Part shown: piece by piece, positions 33,664-47,800 of the stretch
Layout of the letters: every line of letters begins with the position of its first letter
How positions within the stretch are numbered: position 1 is the first letter of the stretch
Assembly: GCA_964187785.1 (NCBI GenBank)
Contig: OZ076409.1
Coordinates: 50,408,001 to 50,472,000, forward strand
DNA length: 64,000 nt
Source of the DNA: Amphiscolops sp. MND2022
Taxonomy: Eukaryota
Direction of reading: 5' to 3'
The notes under the pieces: generated by a model
The model's input: the letters and a program-made list of their open reading frames with translations, nothing else
Told to the model about the DNA's origin: nothing
Databases searched by the model: none
Translations under genes and position numbers: made by a program

Positions 33664-36600
33664 AGTTACCTCCAGAAAGACATCGCAGAACAACTTCAAG
33701 TGCCCTTTCATCAGAAATCAGAAAAACTCCTAATTGGAGGTTTCCACCAATGCCTTCAAATTCCTGCTCATCCTGTAAACATCAAAATTCATCCATTTGG
33801 AAACAACAACGAAGTTTTCATCCTCCAAAACATTTTTGTTGTAGATCATCTCAATCTAAATTCAGCTGAACCACAGACACTCAACTCAATTTGTCAACAA
33901 CATCAACATCTTCAAGACGTCAGTTTTCCGATACTACCCGACAACTCAGTTACTGTGCTCCACGGTCAAGACAACTTCGACCTCATCACACCGGAACTCG
34001 TCATCAAAGGAAATAACAACTCACCTCGAGCCATTCAAACAAAGCTTGGATGGACCATTGCCGGACCTAACCAATCAGCCTCATCGCACTTCACGTTTCG
34101 CGCAACTATTATTAACGCCCCCACGACATCCGATGATCAACTCTACGAACTCGTCGCAAGTTTTTGGAAAACCGAAAACTATGTCACCACGCCCGAAATC
34201 ACCATGTCCAAAGAAGAACGACACGCTCTGTCAACGCTACAGAAAACAACAACTTTCAAGGATGGCCGATACGAAGTCGGTCTTTCTGGCACCCCAATGC
34301 CTCGCTACCGAATAACTTCTCAGCTGCAATCCAACAGTTCAAGAAAATGAAACATCGCCTCTCGCGACAACCCGGCCTACACGCCATGTACCAAGACACC
34401 ACTGACAAAGACCTTGAAAAAGGATACATTCGCAAACTGGAATCTCATGAAATTCCTACAACAGGATGGATCCTTTCCGAACATGGCGTTTATAGTCATG
34501 TCAAAGCGAAACTCCGCCGAGTATCTAACGCCGCCGCAAAATTCAAAGGAACGTATCTAAATGACATGCTCATCACAGGTCACGACCTCCTCGCAAACCT
34601 TGTTGGAGTCATTCTACGCTTTCGCCAGAAAAAAATCCCGGTTTCCGCGGATATCGAAGGTATATACATGCAGGTTTCGGTCCGTCCTCAAGATCGGAAA
34701 TTTCTTCGTTTCCTCTGGAGATCCCGTAATGTACGAATACGTCCGCCATGTCTTCGGTGCAAAATGCTCGCCTACATGTGCTAATCACGCTCGTCAGATC
34801 TGCTCCAACGAACACGCATCCGACTATCCGTCCGTTCAGCGCCTCGTTCACGAAAATTTCTATGTGGATGACTTTTACCTGTCTACCGACACCATCTCCG
34901 AAGCCATCCAGCACATGGAAGATTTACGCTGTGTGCTACTGAAAGGTGGTTTCAACCTCACTAAATGGGTTTCTACCAATGAAATTTTCCTGACCGCCGT
35001 TCCCGCTGAACATCGCGCTCTATCGCCAGCCGACATTCCGCATGCCGAACAACGTATCTTAGGAATACCGTGGACATTGCAAAACGACACCGTGTCGGCA
35101 AACGTTTCTAAACATTCAGAGCTGAAAGAACCTCCACCGACGCAACGTACATTACTCCGCATCATTTCATCCCAATTCGATCCTCTAGGAATAACCGCAC
35201 CTATCGTCATTCGCTGGCAAATCATACAACAGTCACTCTGGAGAAAAAGTTTTAAATGGGATGACCAAATCGCCAACGATGATCTCCCGGAATACAACTC
35301 TTCGTTCTCCAATCCTATATCGACATCTATTCAAACATGACTACGCACACTTGTCTCTCCACATATTTTGCGACGCTTCGTACTCCGCTTTCGCCGCCGT
35401 TGCCTATTTTGTTAACGATTTCCCCAACACTGATACATTCGATTCCGCATTTGTTTTAGGAAAAGCACGTGTTGCTCCTCTCAAGCAACATACAATAACA
35501 AAACTCGAACTCCAAGCAGCCGTGCTTGGCACGCGTATCGCCAACTTCGTCAAGAGAGAATCAACCTTGCCAATATCACAAACTTTTTTCTGGTCCGATA
35601 GCACCACTGTCATTCAATGGATCCGAATTTCGCATAAGCGACAACAAATTTTCATCGCCAACCGTGTTTCTGAAATTCTCGAAACAACTACCGTCCATCA
35701 GTGGCGTCACTGTCCCGGCGACATTAACCCCGCTGATGACGCTACAAGAGGCATACCCATCGCCGATCTAACTGAAACTTGCCGCTGGTTTACCGGTCCT
35801 TCTTTTCTATTGAAGACACCTGAAAACTGGCCTGTCGACACACTACAAACTTCTTCGGAACCAGCCGTATCCGATAAACCATTCGACGCTGTCTCCTGCC
35901 CCGCTCAACTCACACAAGCAATCGACTTCCCTATCAACTTCACAAAGTTTTCTTCTTGGTTTCGCCTTGTACGTATCACCGCTTTCGTTTACCGCGCCGT
36001 TCGTGTTTTTCGTAATTTCGTCAAAAACTCCCGATATCGTACCTCACTGCCGCCGTACCTCACAGCTACCGAATTCACAAACGCAAAGACGAAACTTCTA
36101 CAGTTTTCGCAAACGCAGAGTTTTCTCCCGGAAATATCCGCCGTCACGTCCGAACAACCACTGCCAAGCTATAGCTGCATCAAAACCTTAACACCGTACA
36201 TCTGCCCGAACGGATTCCTCCGTGCGCATGGTCGCTTGGAGAAGTCTCAACTTGACCATGACACAAAACGCCCAATCATATTAGATGGCAAGCATCCGAT
36301 CTCACAACTGCTCATTCTCGCAACACATCGCCAGGAACAACACTCTGGTTTACAACACACTCGCCATGTTCTGCAGCAAACTTTTTGGATAACATTCGCT
36401 GGTTCCGCCATTCGCCTCGTCATAACGCATTGCTACGACTGCCGCCGTCAACATGCATATGGCACACAACCACAGATGTCCGTACTCCCTGAATTTCGTT
36501 TTTCCGCCGACAGACCGTTTCCGTTCCGCGCTACAAGGTTAGACGTTTTTGGCCCTTTCGCATCTAAAACAGCTGACCAGTACCCTAAACGCTACGCTTT

Positions 36601-37477
36601 GATATTCACAAGTCTAACAACTCGCGCCGTACATCTCGAAATGTGCCCAGACGTGTCAACAGCTGCCACTATTAACGCGTTGCGCCGTTTCTTCGCTCGC
36701 CGTGGAACCCCTGTACTGCTTGTTTCCGACAATGCAACAACTTTTGTCGCCGCCGACAATGATTTACAAGTCATCTTCAAGAGTTCACCACTTCAGGATT
36801 TCCTCGCAAACAAGGAAATCAAATGGAAGTTTATTCCACCACACGCACCTCACTTCGGTGGAATATGGGAGCGCCTCATACGTTCCTGCAAAGACGCTCT
36901 TTATTCAGTCATTGGATCTCAGACGCTAACTGATGACACCTTTGTCACCGCCCTGAATGAGATTGAAGCGTTCCTGAACAACCGACCAATAACTGACGTC
37001 CCCACTGACATCAACGACACAGATGCTCTCACGCCAAATCATTTTTTGCTCGGCAGAGCACACATCAATGTGCCACCTGGACATTTCGACAACAAGCGAG
37101 TCACTTACAGCAGAAGATGGAAGTACGCACAACAAATTGCAGATCATGTTTGGAAGCGCTTGATCAAGGAATACCTACCGACACTTCTACCAAGACAAAA
37201 ATGGCTCGAGCGCACAGCACCTCTGAAAATTGGCCAAACAGTTTGGATCCTCAAAGATTTCACACCGAGAGGTCTTTGGCCAAATGGAAGAATCTCAGCT
37301 ATCGACGACAACGACACACAGCAGCCACGTCAGTACGGAGTCAAGACAAAAACCGGAACTTTCACATTTCCAGCCATTCGCCTGGTACCAATAGAAGCCG
37401 AAGAACGCCTTCATCACGACGACGACGACTCCGACGAAGATGAAGAAGAAAAGGAAGCAAAAATCATTACACAATGA
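33664..37477 (+). pseudogene. BEL pol (protease, RT, RNase H, integrase), frameshifted
   Basis: TKLGWTIAGP; ADIEGIYMQV; FGAKCSP; YVDD; LHIFCDAS; KARVAPLK; NPADDATRG; HHCC; LDVFGP; SDNATTF; GGIWERL; LTPNHFLLG. Confidence 0.92.
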
Positions 37478-37655
37478 TCAAGACCACGACCCAGCAACTG
37501 GATATTACAACAAACAGAGTAACAAAGACAGCCTTTGTCTGAACACTTCAACACTTCATTTCAACTTATTCTTAATGTTTTGAACGCAGCAGACCCCCCC
37601 CACTAGGACATAGGACTTAGGCTTAATTATTTTACCAAGGTAAAATGGGGCTGGT

Positions 37656-37879
37656 TGTAAAGGAGAAGTCAATGACTCACTACTACTACTACAACTTTGA
37701 ATTACAACTTTTCATTCACAAGACTGACTCAATGATTGGGCTTTCAACAATCACCGCATAAAGTTGACTCAAGCAAAGACTCAAAGTAAAGTTCAAAAGC
37801 ATACATTCTTGACAAACCTTATAATCTTATTAAAGAAAGAAAGTGAAAAGTACCCCTACAAAATTATCACCATACAACA
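37656..37879 (+). repeat. 3' LTR containing (TAC)4
   Basis: TGT...CAACA, follows the purine tract, direct repeat of the 5' LTR. Confidence 0.82.
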
Positions 37880-38879
37880 AATATGCTTAATATTTTTTAA
37901 CCTTTTTTGTTTTTCGAACACCTCGGTTAGATTTCAATTCATGTTTATTTGTTAAAAGGTTGTTTTTAGACGGCACATTTCAATAAAAATGTAAGCAATT
38001 AAGACAGTGGCAAGTTTTTTCAATCGGCGCATTTTAGTTTAAAAAAGCACCACCTAAACAGTGGATTTTTTTCAATTTTTCGTCAGATTACAGAATATGT
38101 ACAAGGGTTTTCAAGCCGAGCCCAAACCCTCAAGCCCAAGCTTTTGACTTTCAAGTCCAAGCCCAAGTTTTTCAAAAGGAGATCGAGTCTAAGATCAAGC
38201 ATGAAATCCTTTTTCGACCAAATTGGTTTGTTGTTCAATTTGACCCAAAAAATTACATACATAGTGGACACTTTTTACAGAACGATCAAACTGCTGGACC
38301 GTTTAGTGGAAACGCATCTGAAGTAGTGCAAAAGGTCCCCCTTTCAAATATTCAAATTTTATTTTACAATGCAGAACCGGACGAGACTGTAGGATCTTCT
38401 TTGAATTTTTTTCGGCACTGGGCGACTTTTCAACTTTTGTGTCTTCGAAGGGTCCCCATCTGATTTCTTGAAGTTCTCTCGTAATATCGAGTAAAGTGCT
38501 ATATTTATTCTTTTGACGTTACATCCGAACTATATTGCGTTTTTATATTTTCTGCGATAGCAGGAATATTATAGAAATCTCAAGCATTGAACTTTTTTCC
38601 ATTACAAAATTGGTCGTGTAGTCGATTACCTTTTGAAAAATTCCGACATTTTGTTCGGCAGCGAGTATAAACGTGACATTCAAGTTTCTCAAGCTGCCGA
38701 CAACAATTCGTTTCTCGTGCGATAGAACGAGCAAGTGGTAGTTTTGGTAGTTTTGCATTCGTAGACCGAAATCATTGAGTTGAAACGAACGAGTGTTAAT
38801 TATACGGTCGCCGAGAGCTTCGCCTGCAATCAAGTCCCAATTTGCAGGAGAGTTGTCGAGTTTATTTATTGCAGATTCA

Positions 38880-41800
38880 AATAAAAGTATGCAAGAAAGG
38901 ACAATATATGTTTAATTTGGAGTACAGAAAAAAGAAAAAGATGTTGTGTATCCAACGGTGATCAATGTGGCGAAAAAAACAGGAAGTCAAGTATCCAGAG
39001 CGGACATCAGAATCTGTCACAGAGTGCCCAGCAGAAATGTGGAGCCTGATCAAGGGCGTTCAATTATTGCAAAACTTTTGCGAAGGCAAACCAAACTTGG
39101 TGTGATGACTAGCAATTCAGAACTCGAAAAATAATGTGAAAATCGAATCTATGTTAATGACGACCTTACTTTATTGAGAGTAAGGTTTTCTAAGGCTTTG
39201 CGACGACGTCAGGATGTAACCTCTGTCCGTATGCTTTAAAATATTGTTTTCCATCAAGCAAATAACTCGAAAATTGTATCTTATAGCCTCTTTAAGTTGT
39301 ATGAATGGGAACCGGACTCTGTTTACTCTGTTTGCAAAAGTAGTTGCATCTTTGTTAAGGGCCCTCTAGTTTGCACTCTGAAACGTAAAAATCCCTAAAG
39401 AACCAAAAAGTTCAAAAACTTGGGAACGAACAAATTTTTCATTTGAACATAACGTCTATCGGTTATCCTTTTGAAGAACTAGAAACGCTAATAGATACCT
39501 TTCGTGAAAACAAACCGTCTATTATTTGCTGTTCCGAAATATAGATGAATGAATTGTCAGCCAAGACTGCCTACTAACTAGAGTTCTTTGCACCTCTGGT
39601 CATTTGAACATGGTTCAACTAGAAATGAAGGTGTCGAAATATAAGTTCATGATTCGCTGTAATCAGAACTTTGTAGCTGAGCATACTAACAGATTTTTTT
39701 CCAGATTTCAACTTCGCAGGAATTAGTTGTACCACTAAGTTGTACGACAGTGGTATGTAATATACAAAAAACATTCACTTTTCGTAAATAAAAAGCATTT
39801 CTTGGATGAGTTCGAGTTGAGTCTTTAGTAAAATTAGGAATTAATATTTTTAGCTGATATTAATATTGCCCTCTTGGAATGCAGTCCTGTAACAAAAAGG
39901 TATTTCATCTTGTTGGCAGTTCATGGTTGGAAATAATGAATAGGTGAACCACCCCGTGTGACGCATCACTCAGAATCCATGATCGATCATATAATCCAAA
40001 GACCTCTGGGAGTTGGAGTTATCAAGACGTATATTACAAATCATTTTGCAATTTACGTTGGAATGATTATAAAAAAATCCCAATCCATTCGTTCTCAACG
40101 TTTTATTAGGGGTAGGCAATTTCGCCGAGATGATGATGGCGAAAACTCTATCTAATATACCCAAACCAATGCCTGGAACTTGTACATCTAGGACAGGACA
40201 TCAACACATCTACTGAATCTTTTGCCAATGCAATATCGGAAGCAGTAAATGTTTCTACTGTAGAAAAACTATCGAAACCCTTAAATGCCGCGACACCTTG
40301 GTTCACAAAGGAAACTAAAAAAGTCCCAATTTGTAAGAATTGTACATTCCAGCTACAAGCGCTGTAAGACCCATGAGAACATACTACGCTAAACAAAGAG
40401 CCAGAAATAATGTGCACCAACAGCTTCGAAAATGCAAACGGTAATACTAGGATTCAGATCTGAGTAGACTTATCCTTATTCCTAACGTTTTTCTATAACG
40501 AACCTAACAAAATCACTGATGAAGCAATAAATAGTTCCATTTTTGTTATAAAGAACGATAAAAAAAAGAATTTACAATGGATGACGTTGATGTGGCTGAA
40601 TCGTTCATTGAAAATTTTGTTTCCATCAGACCCTAGTTGTTGCAATTGAAAATAACCCATTAACCCCATTCACGACTGACGACATTGAATTTTTTGAAAA
40701 ATCACTACTTTTTTATCCAGCAGATTGCACAGAGGTTTCTAGGATTTTTGAAAATTTGAACAACCGTAAATCTCCTGTCCTATTTAGTTTGAGTGCAGAT
40801 ATACTAAAAGTGAGTAGAGTTAATAGTCCAAAAGTCAATTTACCTTTTGAATGAATCGCTAAAAAGGAGCATCTCCTCAGGTTTTGAAAACCGCGAGAGT
40901 GGTACCGATATACAAATTCAGCAAGAAATCTATACGTGGGAGTCACAGACATATATCTGTTTTGTCTCTACCAAGCAAACTATTCGAACGTGTTGAACAA
41001 GACCGAACAGATATTTTCATGGATAGAAGAAAATATTCTACTCAAAAATATTTGGATTCAGATCAAAACCCAGCCCCAGTCACGCTATCTCTGATGATAC
41101 AGAAAACATTAGGGACAATTCTAGCCTCATTACAACTTGTATTTTGCTCGATTTACAACAAAACCTTTGATACAAAAACCCCGAGTGAGTATCTCTTGTT
41201 CAAACTTGAACCGCATGGTGTTAGAGGGACCTGCTTTGATTAGTTCACATCTTATCGAAGTGAACGGAGTCAACATGTTTCAAATAACGGTGAAATCGCA
41301 AAGCCAATACTTATTGACTGTGGTGTTCCTCAAGGATCCATTCTGGAACCACTGTATTTTGTTCTTTACGCTTTTAATTTTCCTAAACTCATGTAAAAAT
41401 TTTATTCCGTTTCTCTTCGCTGGTTAATGGCGACGCTAATTGTTTTGTGTGATTTATTAAAAATCAAACATTCTCTTTGCTAAATGAAGTCGAACAATTT
41501 CCTGAATGAGTGGCCATGAATAAACAGAGTCACAACATTCGTAAAACTGAAATGGTCCTTTCTCGAACTGGGAAGCTGAGAACTTAGTGTTTAAAATACT
41601 GAAATAAATTGTACTGAATACGTCGAACATCTTAATATCTTACCTCATAAAAACAGAATTTACATGTTCCACGTCTAACGAGTATTGAATTAATTGGCTA
41701 AACTATTATCTGTTATTATTCTGCTGAGGCATTTATTTCACCAGTTGTTCTCTAATGATAAGATTCTACAACAAATACATGAAACCTAATAACCAATACG

Positions 41801-41930
41801 GTCTCTTGATATATGGGTTTATGAGAAAAAGTATACTGATTGAAATATTTCTTGTTCAGAAAAAACTCTCCGTATTCTATTTTTTGAAACAAGATATTTT
41901 TTCGACGATATGTTCTTTCATTTGATGAAA
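38880..41930 (+). mobile_element. Heavily decayed APE-RT LINE (CR1/L2-group-like)
   Basis: ORF1-like ICHRVP...IIAKLLRRQTK, APE-like RVTHHSESMIDHI, and RT-like KTARVVPIYK...ISVLSLPSKLFE and CGVPQGSILEP. Confidence 0.75.
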
Positions 41931-41949
41931 CATGTTGTAGGTGCTCTCT

Positions 41950-44260
41950 AGTGAAGTCTATCCCTCAGTGTAATGATGATAACGTTCGACCAGTCACCTT
42001 CTCCAATTCTAGCGTTGTTCATTTGAAAAAAGTTCCTAAAAATTCACGAATCGTCAGCTGAAAACTTGATACATTAAATTGATGATACTTGTGTGAAACC
42101 CTGTAGAATATTGCCTTTTGGTGATTATTGCTCTAGTTGTTGGTCCACAAGGCTCTCATTTCCTTCCCCAATAGCTCTGATGCAAGTTTGCATGTCATTT
42201 CGACCCCAATTTTGAAAGATTTGACTGCCAAGGCGAACAGGCAAACTGGACATTTTTTTCTCACAGCCTTACCAAATCATGTAAAATCGATTCTCGAAGG
42301 AACACTACCGTTCGAATTTCGACCGTACTTCTTTGGTGCGAAGTTAAATGCGCTGAGACAACCCAAAAGACAACTTCATCCTATCGCTGTAGGCAATACT
42401 TTTGCCGGGTTTTCGCCAAATGTGCCGGATACTATGTCTTACGTTAAGCAAGATACGGAAGTCGACAAGTAGGCATAGGCACTAAAAATGTGCTGAATTG
42501 ACCTCAAATGTGTTCCGTTGTCTGTTAGAATGCGCTTTCAATTCGAGAAACCGACAAATCATGCTCGAGAAAACTTCTGAACTACACTCCGAAGTTTATA
42601 AGTACTCACACTCGGCGTACAGTCAAGCAAGTTAGCTTTTTTACGGTGATTCAGTAATCAAATCTTGTGAAGGGACCCAGCAAGGAGATCCTGTGTCTCC
42701 ATCTTCATTTTCCGATGCCATTCACGATCTGATTGACAGTTCGGAGTCGAAATCAAACTTTGGTACCTCGACAATGAAAATATAAGTGATGATTACAGAA
42801 CCCTTTTGAAAGAAGTCAAAAGGTTTTTTGAAGAAGATAGAACGCTGAGACTCAAATTTAAACCCACGAAATGTGAAATTGTTTTCCTTGGTGACTTCAT
42901 TGAAAATGACGATCGAAAATTCTAGCATCTTTCCAAAAATTTGCTCCGGGATCAAAACACGAACGACAGATGAACTTATTATACTTCGTTCACCGATCGG
43001 CCCAAAGTCACTGGCAGACTTATTAGACAAAAAAATTATTGAACTAGAAAAAATTTAACGAATTGTTGAAAAAATGGATGCTCATTACGGTTTTTCTATG
43101 TTGAAAAATTGCTTCAGTACGTCGAAGATATTTTACTTCTTGAGAACCAGTACATTTTTAGTCAGCCAGCTCTCTCGTAAAAGTTTGACAGAACCGTACG
43201 CGACGGGTTTTCCAAAGTGTGTAACGTGAACTTCGATGATAGTTCGAGTACTGAGCTGGCTTTGCCTGCTGAAATGGGTGATCTTGGGGTTTCATCTGCA
43301 TCATTATCAGCAATTCCTACCTTTTCAGCCGCAGCTTTTGGTGCGAGTGACTTTCTCAGGGCCACTTTCTTGGAAGCCTTCGAAGGTGTTTCGTTCGCAA
43401 AAGCGCTTGAGAATCGGCAGAGTTTGACGAATGAACAGGAAAGTCCTTCTCATTGGAACCCGGAAAAGTTGGAACCAACCTGTCTACGCCAAAACCGACC
43501 ATGACTTGATTTCTAGTATGGATGACAAACGTTCGAAAGTTTTCAAATTTCATCAAGTTAAAGTTGGGTCTCAGTGGCTGTACGTTGTTCCTTGTAAGAA
43601 CCTACGCCTGAAACTTGATGATCAGCAGCTCTGTATTTCAAATGGTTTACGTATTGGAGCCAACATCCGTGTTGCGTATACGTGCCATTGTGGTAAAAGA
43701 GTTTAACGGGACGGGTTTCACTGTCTTTCTTGCACCAAGAGTGCAGGTCGCTTCTCATGTCATGCTACTCTCAGTTCTCCCATGAAGCAGACGTTGGGAT
43801 CTCTCGACTTGCCTTCAATGTTCGAGCCGCTTGAACTGTACCGAACGGATGGCAAACGCCCAGACGGTGGTACAATGATTCCTTGGTAATTGGGTGAACA
43901 GCTGGTGTGAGAAGCCACCGTTGTGGATTCTCTTGCACCCAGTCGTCTGAAACAAGACTTTTAATGCCACCCGGAAACCACCGCCACCGAAGCTGTAGCG
44001 GGTGAGATTGAGACGTATCGCAAGTTATCAGACAGTAAAAACAAAATTTCAACCGGTGGCGATGAAATACTGGGTTCTCTAGGCGAGAGCATTGAAATTT
44101 TCACGCTTCTCTATTGTAAGCTCTGTCGTTCGCACGACGATCAACTACCTGGCAGCTCTTTGAAGCAACGGATCTCATCGGCTCCTCAGTTTGCCAAGTC
44201 GGTCTGTCTTCTGGGAACTGGGAGCCAGAGAGATTCGTTTGAAGTAATTTATTTCATGTA
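41950..44260 (+). mobile_element. Decayed CRE-like (restriction-like endonuclease) non-LTR retrotransposon
   Basis: PYFFGAKLNAL...PIAVGNT; GTQQGDP; WYLDN; LPAEMGDLG; WLYVVP; CHCG...HCLSC zinc motif; RTDGKRPDG endonuclease motif. Confidence 0.75.
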
Positions 44261-44806
44261 GTCCATTTTTCAAATCTGTAAATCATTGCAGTTTTTTTAA
44301 ACTTGTTCTGATAAGCGTAATTGTTGTGATAAACTGGAGAAATAATTTCAGAGAAACAGCCTTCTACTAGAATGGCATCCTCCAGTCATGATGAAGATTA
44401 GGGCTCGTCACACCTGATTTAATGTACAGGAAAAGGGAAGAACGGAGAATGCTGTGGGGCGTGAATCCCATCCTGACTCCCAAAAAAGGCCGATAGGATT
44501 CATGGATCGTCCTTCTTGTGTGGCTTCTGTGCAGCTTCTGAGGTTTTGGAGCTTCGTGACAAGCAATCCCAAGACCCCGAGGAGTATGGAAGGTGAGATA
44601 ACGTCAGAATATTCGAAGTGAAAAAAAGAAGGCGAAGAGGATGTCTATCAAAAGTTTTTGATGTTTCCCTGAAAATGGGACATCAAAATTGAAAAACAGA
44701 CATCAGCATATGTCACCGGGTTTCTAGCAGAAACATGAAATTAGATAGATGAAGGGCGCCCTATCATTGCGAAATTTGTACCCCGACAAACAAAAAGTAG
44801 GCTGAT

Positions 44807-47800
44807 GGCGAACGAGAAACCGCTTAAAGATTGTGACGAGAAAATCTTTATCAACGAAGACTTCACTTTGTTGAGGGTGCGATTAGACAAAGCGTTGAAA
44901 ATGCGAGCCGATATCAAATCTGTGGCAATGTCAAATAAGATAGTAATCATTCAAAAAACTGATCAATCTAAAGTCATTTTGAGAATCTGTTCGAATTTTA
45001 TGAATTGGATACAGGTTTTATATATCCTGTTTACAAGACGACTTTACATTTTTGTTAGGAGTTTACATTTTAACCCTCTCAGTTATATGCTAAAACGTGA
45101 CAAAATTACAGCGTAAACGTGAAAACGTTTGCAAAACTGTTACCTCTGATAAGGTTGAAAACGAATAAATTCTGCCCCTAAATATCTGATCAATCGGCAA
45201 CCATTTTGAGGAGTCGGAATTATTGATAGAATCTTTCGGTGTCAAAAAATCATCCTTAGTTTGCTGTTCCGAAATGTTGATTGTTGAATCTTCCGCTGAA
45301 GACCCTTATGTCTTAGATAATTATGCACCAATGAAATTTCAACCAGAAAAAAAACTAGAAATGTAGTTGTTGCAATATACGTCCATGAATCACTCTCTTC
45401 TGAGAAACAAAATTTGACGCTGTAATTGATTTGAATTATATTGCATTTAGTTGTACCATTGTGAAAAAGGAAATTGTTAATGTACTTTGTTTATACGATC
45501 CCCCTTCGGCCAATAATTAATACTTCTGGAAGCACTTCGAAGTTCTTCTTGAGGGTTGTTGTCAGATGACCAAATGTGTTTTGTTGGTGGCATGAATATC
45601 GATCTACTAGAAATATCAGTCATTGGTAATAAGTATTCAAACTCTTTGGAATTGAATGGGCGTTAGCAAGGTATAAAAGAACCTGCGCGTGTTACAGTTA
45701 CCTCAGAGTCCTTTTCGATCACATAGTACATCACGGTTGCCTGAACAATCTTGAGTTTGGTGTCATCAAAACCAATAATCCTGATCAAAATGCATTTTAT
45801 GTCCAATTGGATATAACAAAATCTCAATCCATTCGTTATCAACAAACCAGGGCAACAATGCCATTTCTTCGAAATGAGTGTCATAAAGAGAAAAACTTAA
45901 TGTACTTAAGGCAGTGTCTGCATCTGTCAAATTAAGAATAGGACGTCGAAAGAATAACTGAAAGTCTGACTAATTCCCTCACAACGGCGTCAACGTTTTC
46001 AGCTTCAAAGAAAAATCAAGCTAGCAAAATCAAATAAAATTTAGTTTGACAAAGATGTAAAGAAAAGCATGTTCCGACGAATTTTTGCGTTCCACAGACA
46101 CAAGCCATATCGCACTCCGTCTAACAAAACTAATTACATGAAAATGAGAAATCCTGTCTGTGAACGCCTACGGTCGAAGAAACGATAAATCTTTGATGAT
46201 TGCCTTACCCGGTCCTTGAATTCGCCAAAACGCTTTTTCAATGAATTGAGTCGACTATCTGGTAGACAGAATAGAACGGTAACTTCATAGTCGCAGACAA
46301 TGAAAACAAATTGATCACATATTATTTTGCCGTATCTTCTTCAATGAGAAGTTCGTTTCGATCAGCAAAACTTTAGCTGCTTTAATTTCCACTGTTCCAA
46401 CCACTACTGTAGGATCAGCTGATAATCAGAAGTTCCTGTTTTTCTATCCAATCGATTTACTGGAAATCTCTGAAATTGTACGGAACCTTAAAAACCATAA
46501 AGCGGCCGGAGTAGATGGGCTAACTGCTAAAAATTTAAAAGTTAGTCTTGATGTGATTTGTGATAGACTGACCTACTTTGTCAAGGAACCATTATCAAGT
46601 GGTGTATTTCCGAACATTTTCAAAGTTGCGAAAGTGGTTTCAACCTTTATATCTTGGAATACGAGCAATTGTGAGGATTATAGACCCATATCATTTTCAT
46701 TGGTTCTCAGCAAAGCCTTTGAGCGGTTGGTTTTCAAGAGTGTATTTATTCAAGCAAGTAAACAATCTTTTCTATTGTCGTCAATACGTATTCAGATCGA
46801 AAATGAGCACACTGCATGCACTAACGGACATAACGGAACTGATCCGGAGTAATACCCAGCTTGATGTATCCTGTATGCTTTTGGATCTCAGAAACATTTA
46901 TAATACAATAAATCATGGAACCTTCTTTTTCAAATTGGAGAGCTAGAAACCGCGAACGAGAAACCGCTTGGCGAACGAGAAACCGCTTGGCGAACGAGAA
47001 ACCGCTTAAAGATTGTGACGAGAAAATCTTTATCAACGAAGACTTCACTTTGTTGAGGGTGCGATTAGACAAAGCGTTGAAAATGCGAGCCGATATCAAA
47101 TCTGTGGCAATGTTAAATAAGATAGTAATCATTCAAAAAACTGATCAATCTAAAGTCATTTTGAGAATCTGTTCGAATTTTATGAATTGCATACAGGTTT
47201 TATATATCCTGTTTACAAGACGACTTTACATATTTGTTAGGAGTTTTAATTTTAACCCTCTCAGTTATATGCTAAAACGTGACAAAATTACAGCGTAAAC
47301 GTGAAAACGTTTGCAAAACTGTTACCTCTGATAAGGTTGAAAACGAATAAATTCTGCCCCTAAATATCTGATCAATCGGCAACCATTTTGAGGAGTCGGA
47401 ATTATTGATAGAATCTTTCGGTGTCAAAAAATCATCCTTAGTTTGCTGTTCCGAAATGTTGATTGTTGAATCTTCCGCTGAAGACCCTTATGTCTTAGAT
47501 AATTATGCACCAATGAAATTTCAACCAGAAAAAAAAACTAGAAATATAGTTGTTGCAATATACGTCCATGAATCACTCTCTTCTGAGAAACAAAATTTGA
47601 CGCTGTAATTGATTTGAATTATATTGCATTTAGTTGTACCATTGTGAAAAAGGAAATTGTTAATGTACTTTGTTTATACGATCCCCCTTCGGCCAATAAT
47701 TAATACTTCTGGAAGCACTTCGAAGTTCTTCTTGAGGGTTGTTGTCAGATGACCAAATGTGTTTTGTTGGTGGCATGAATATCGATCTACTAGAAATATC

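Noticed and set aside
33661..33700. TGA after the protease motif as programmed readthrough
   Set aside because: It falls inside the protease domain and the element has several further frameshifts, so decay is simpler
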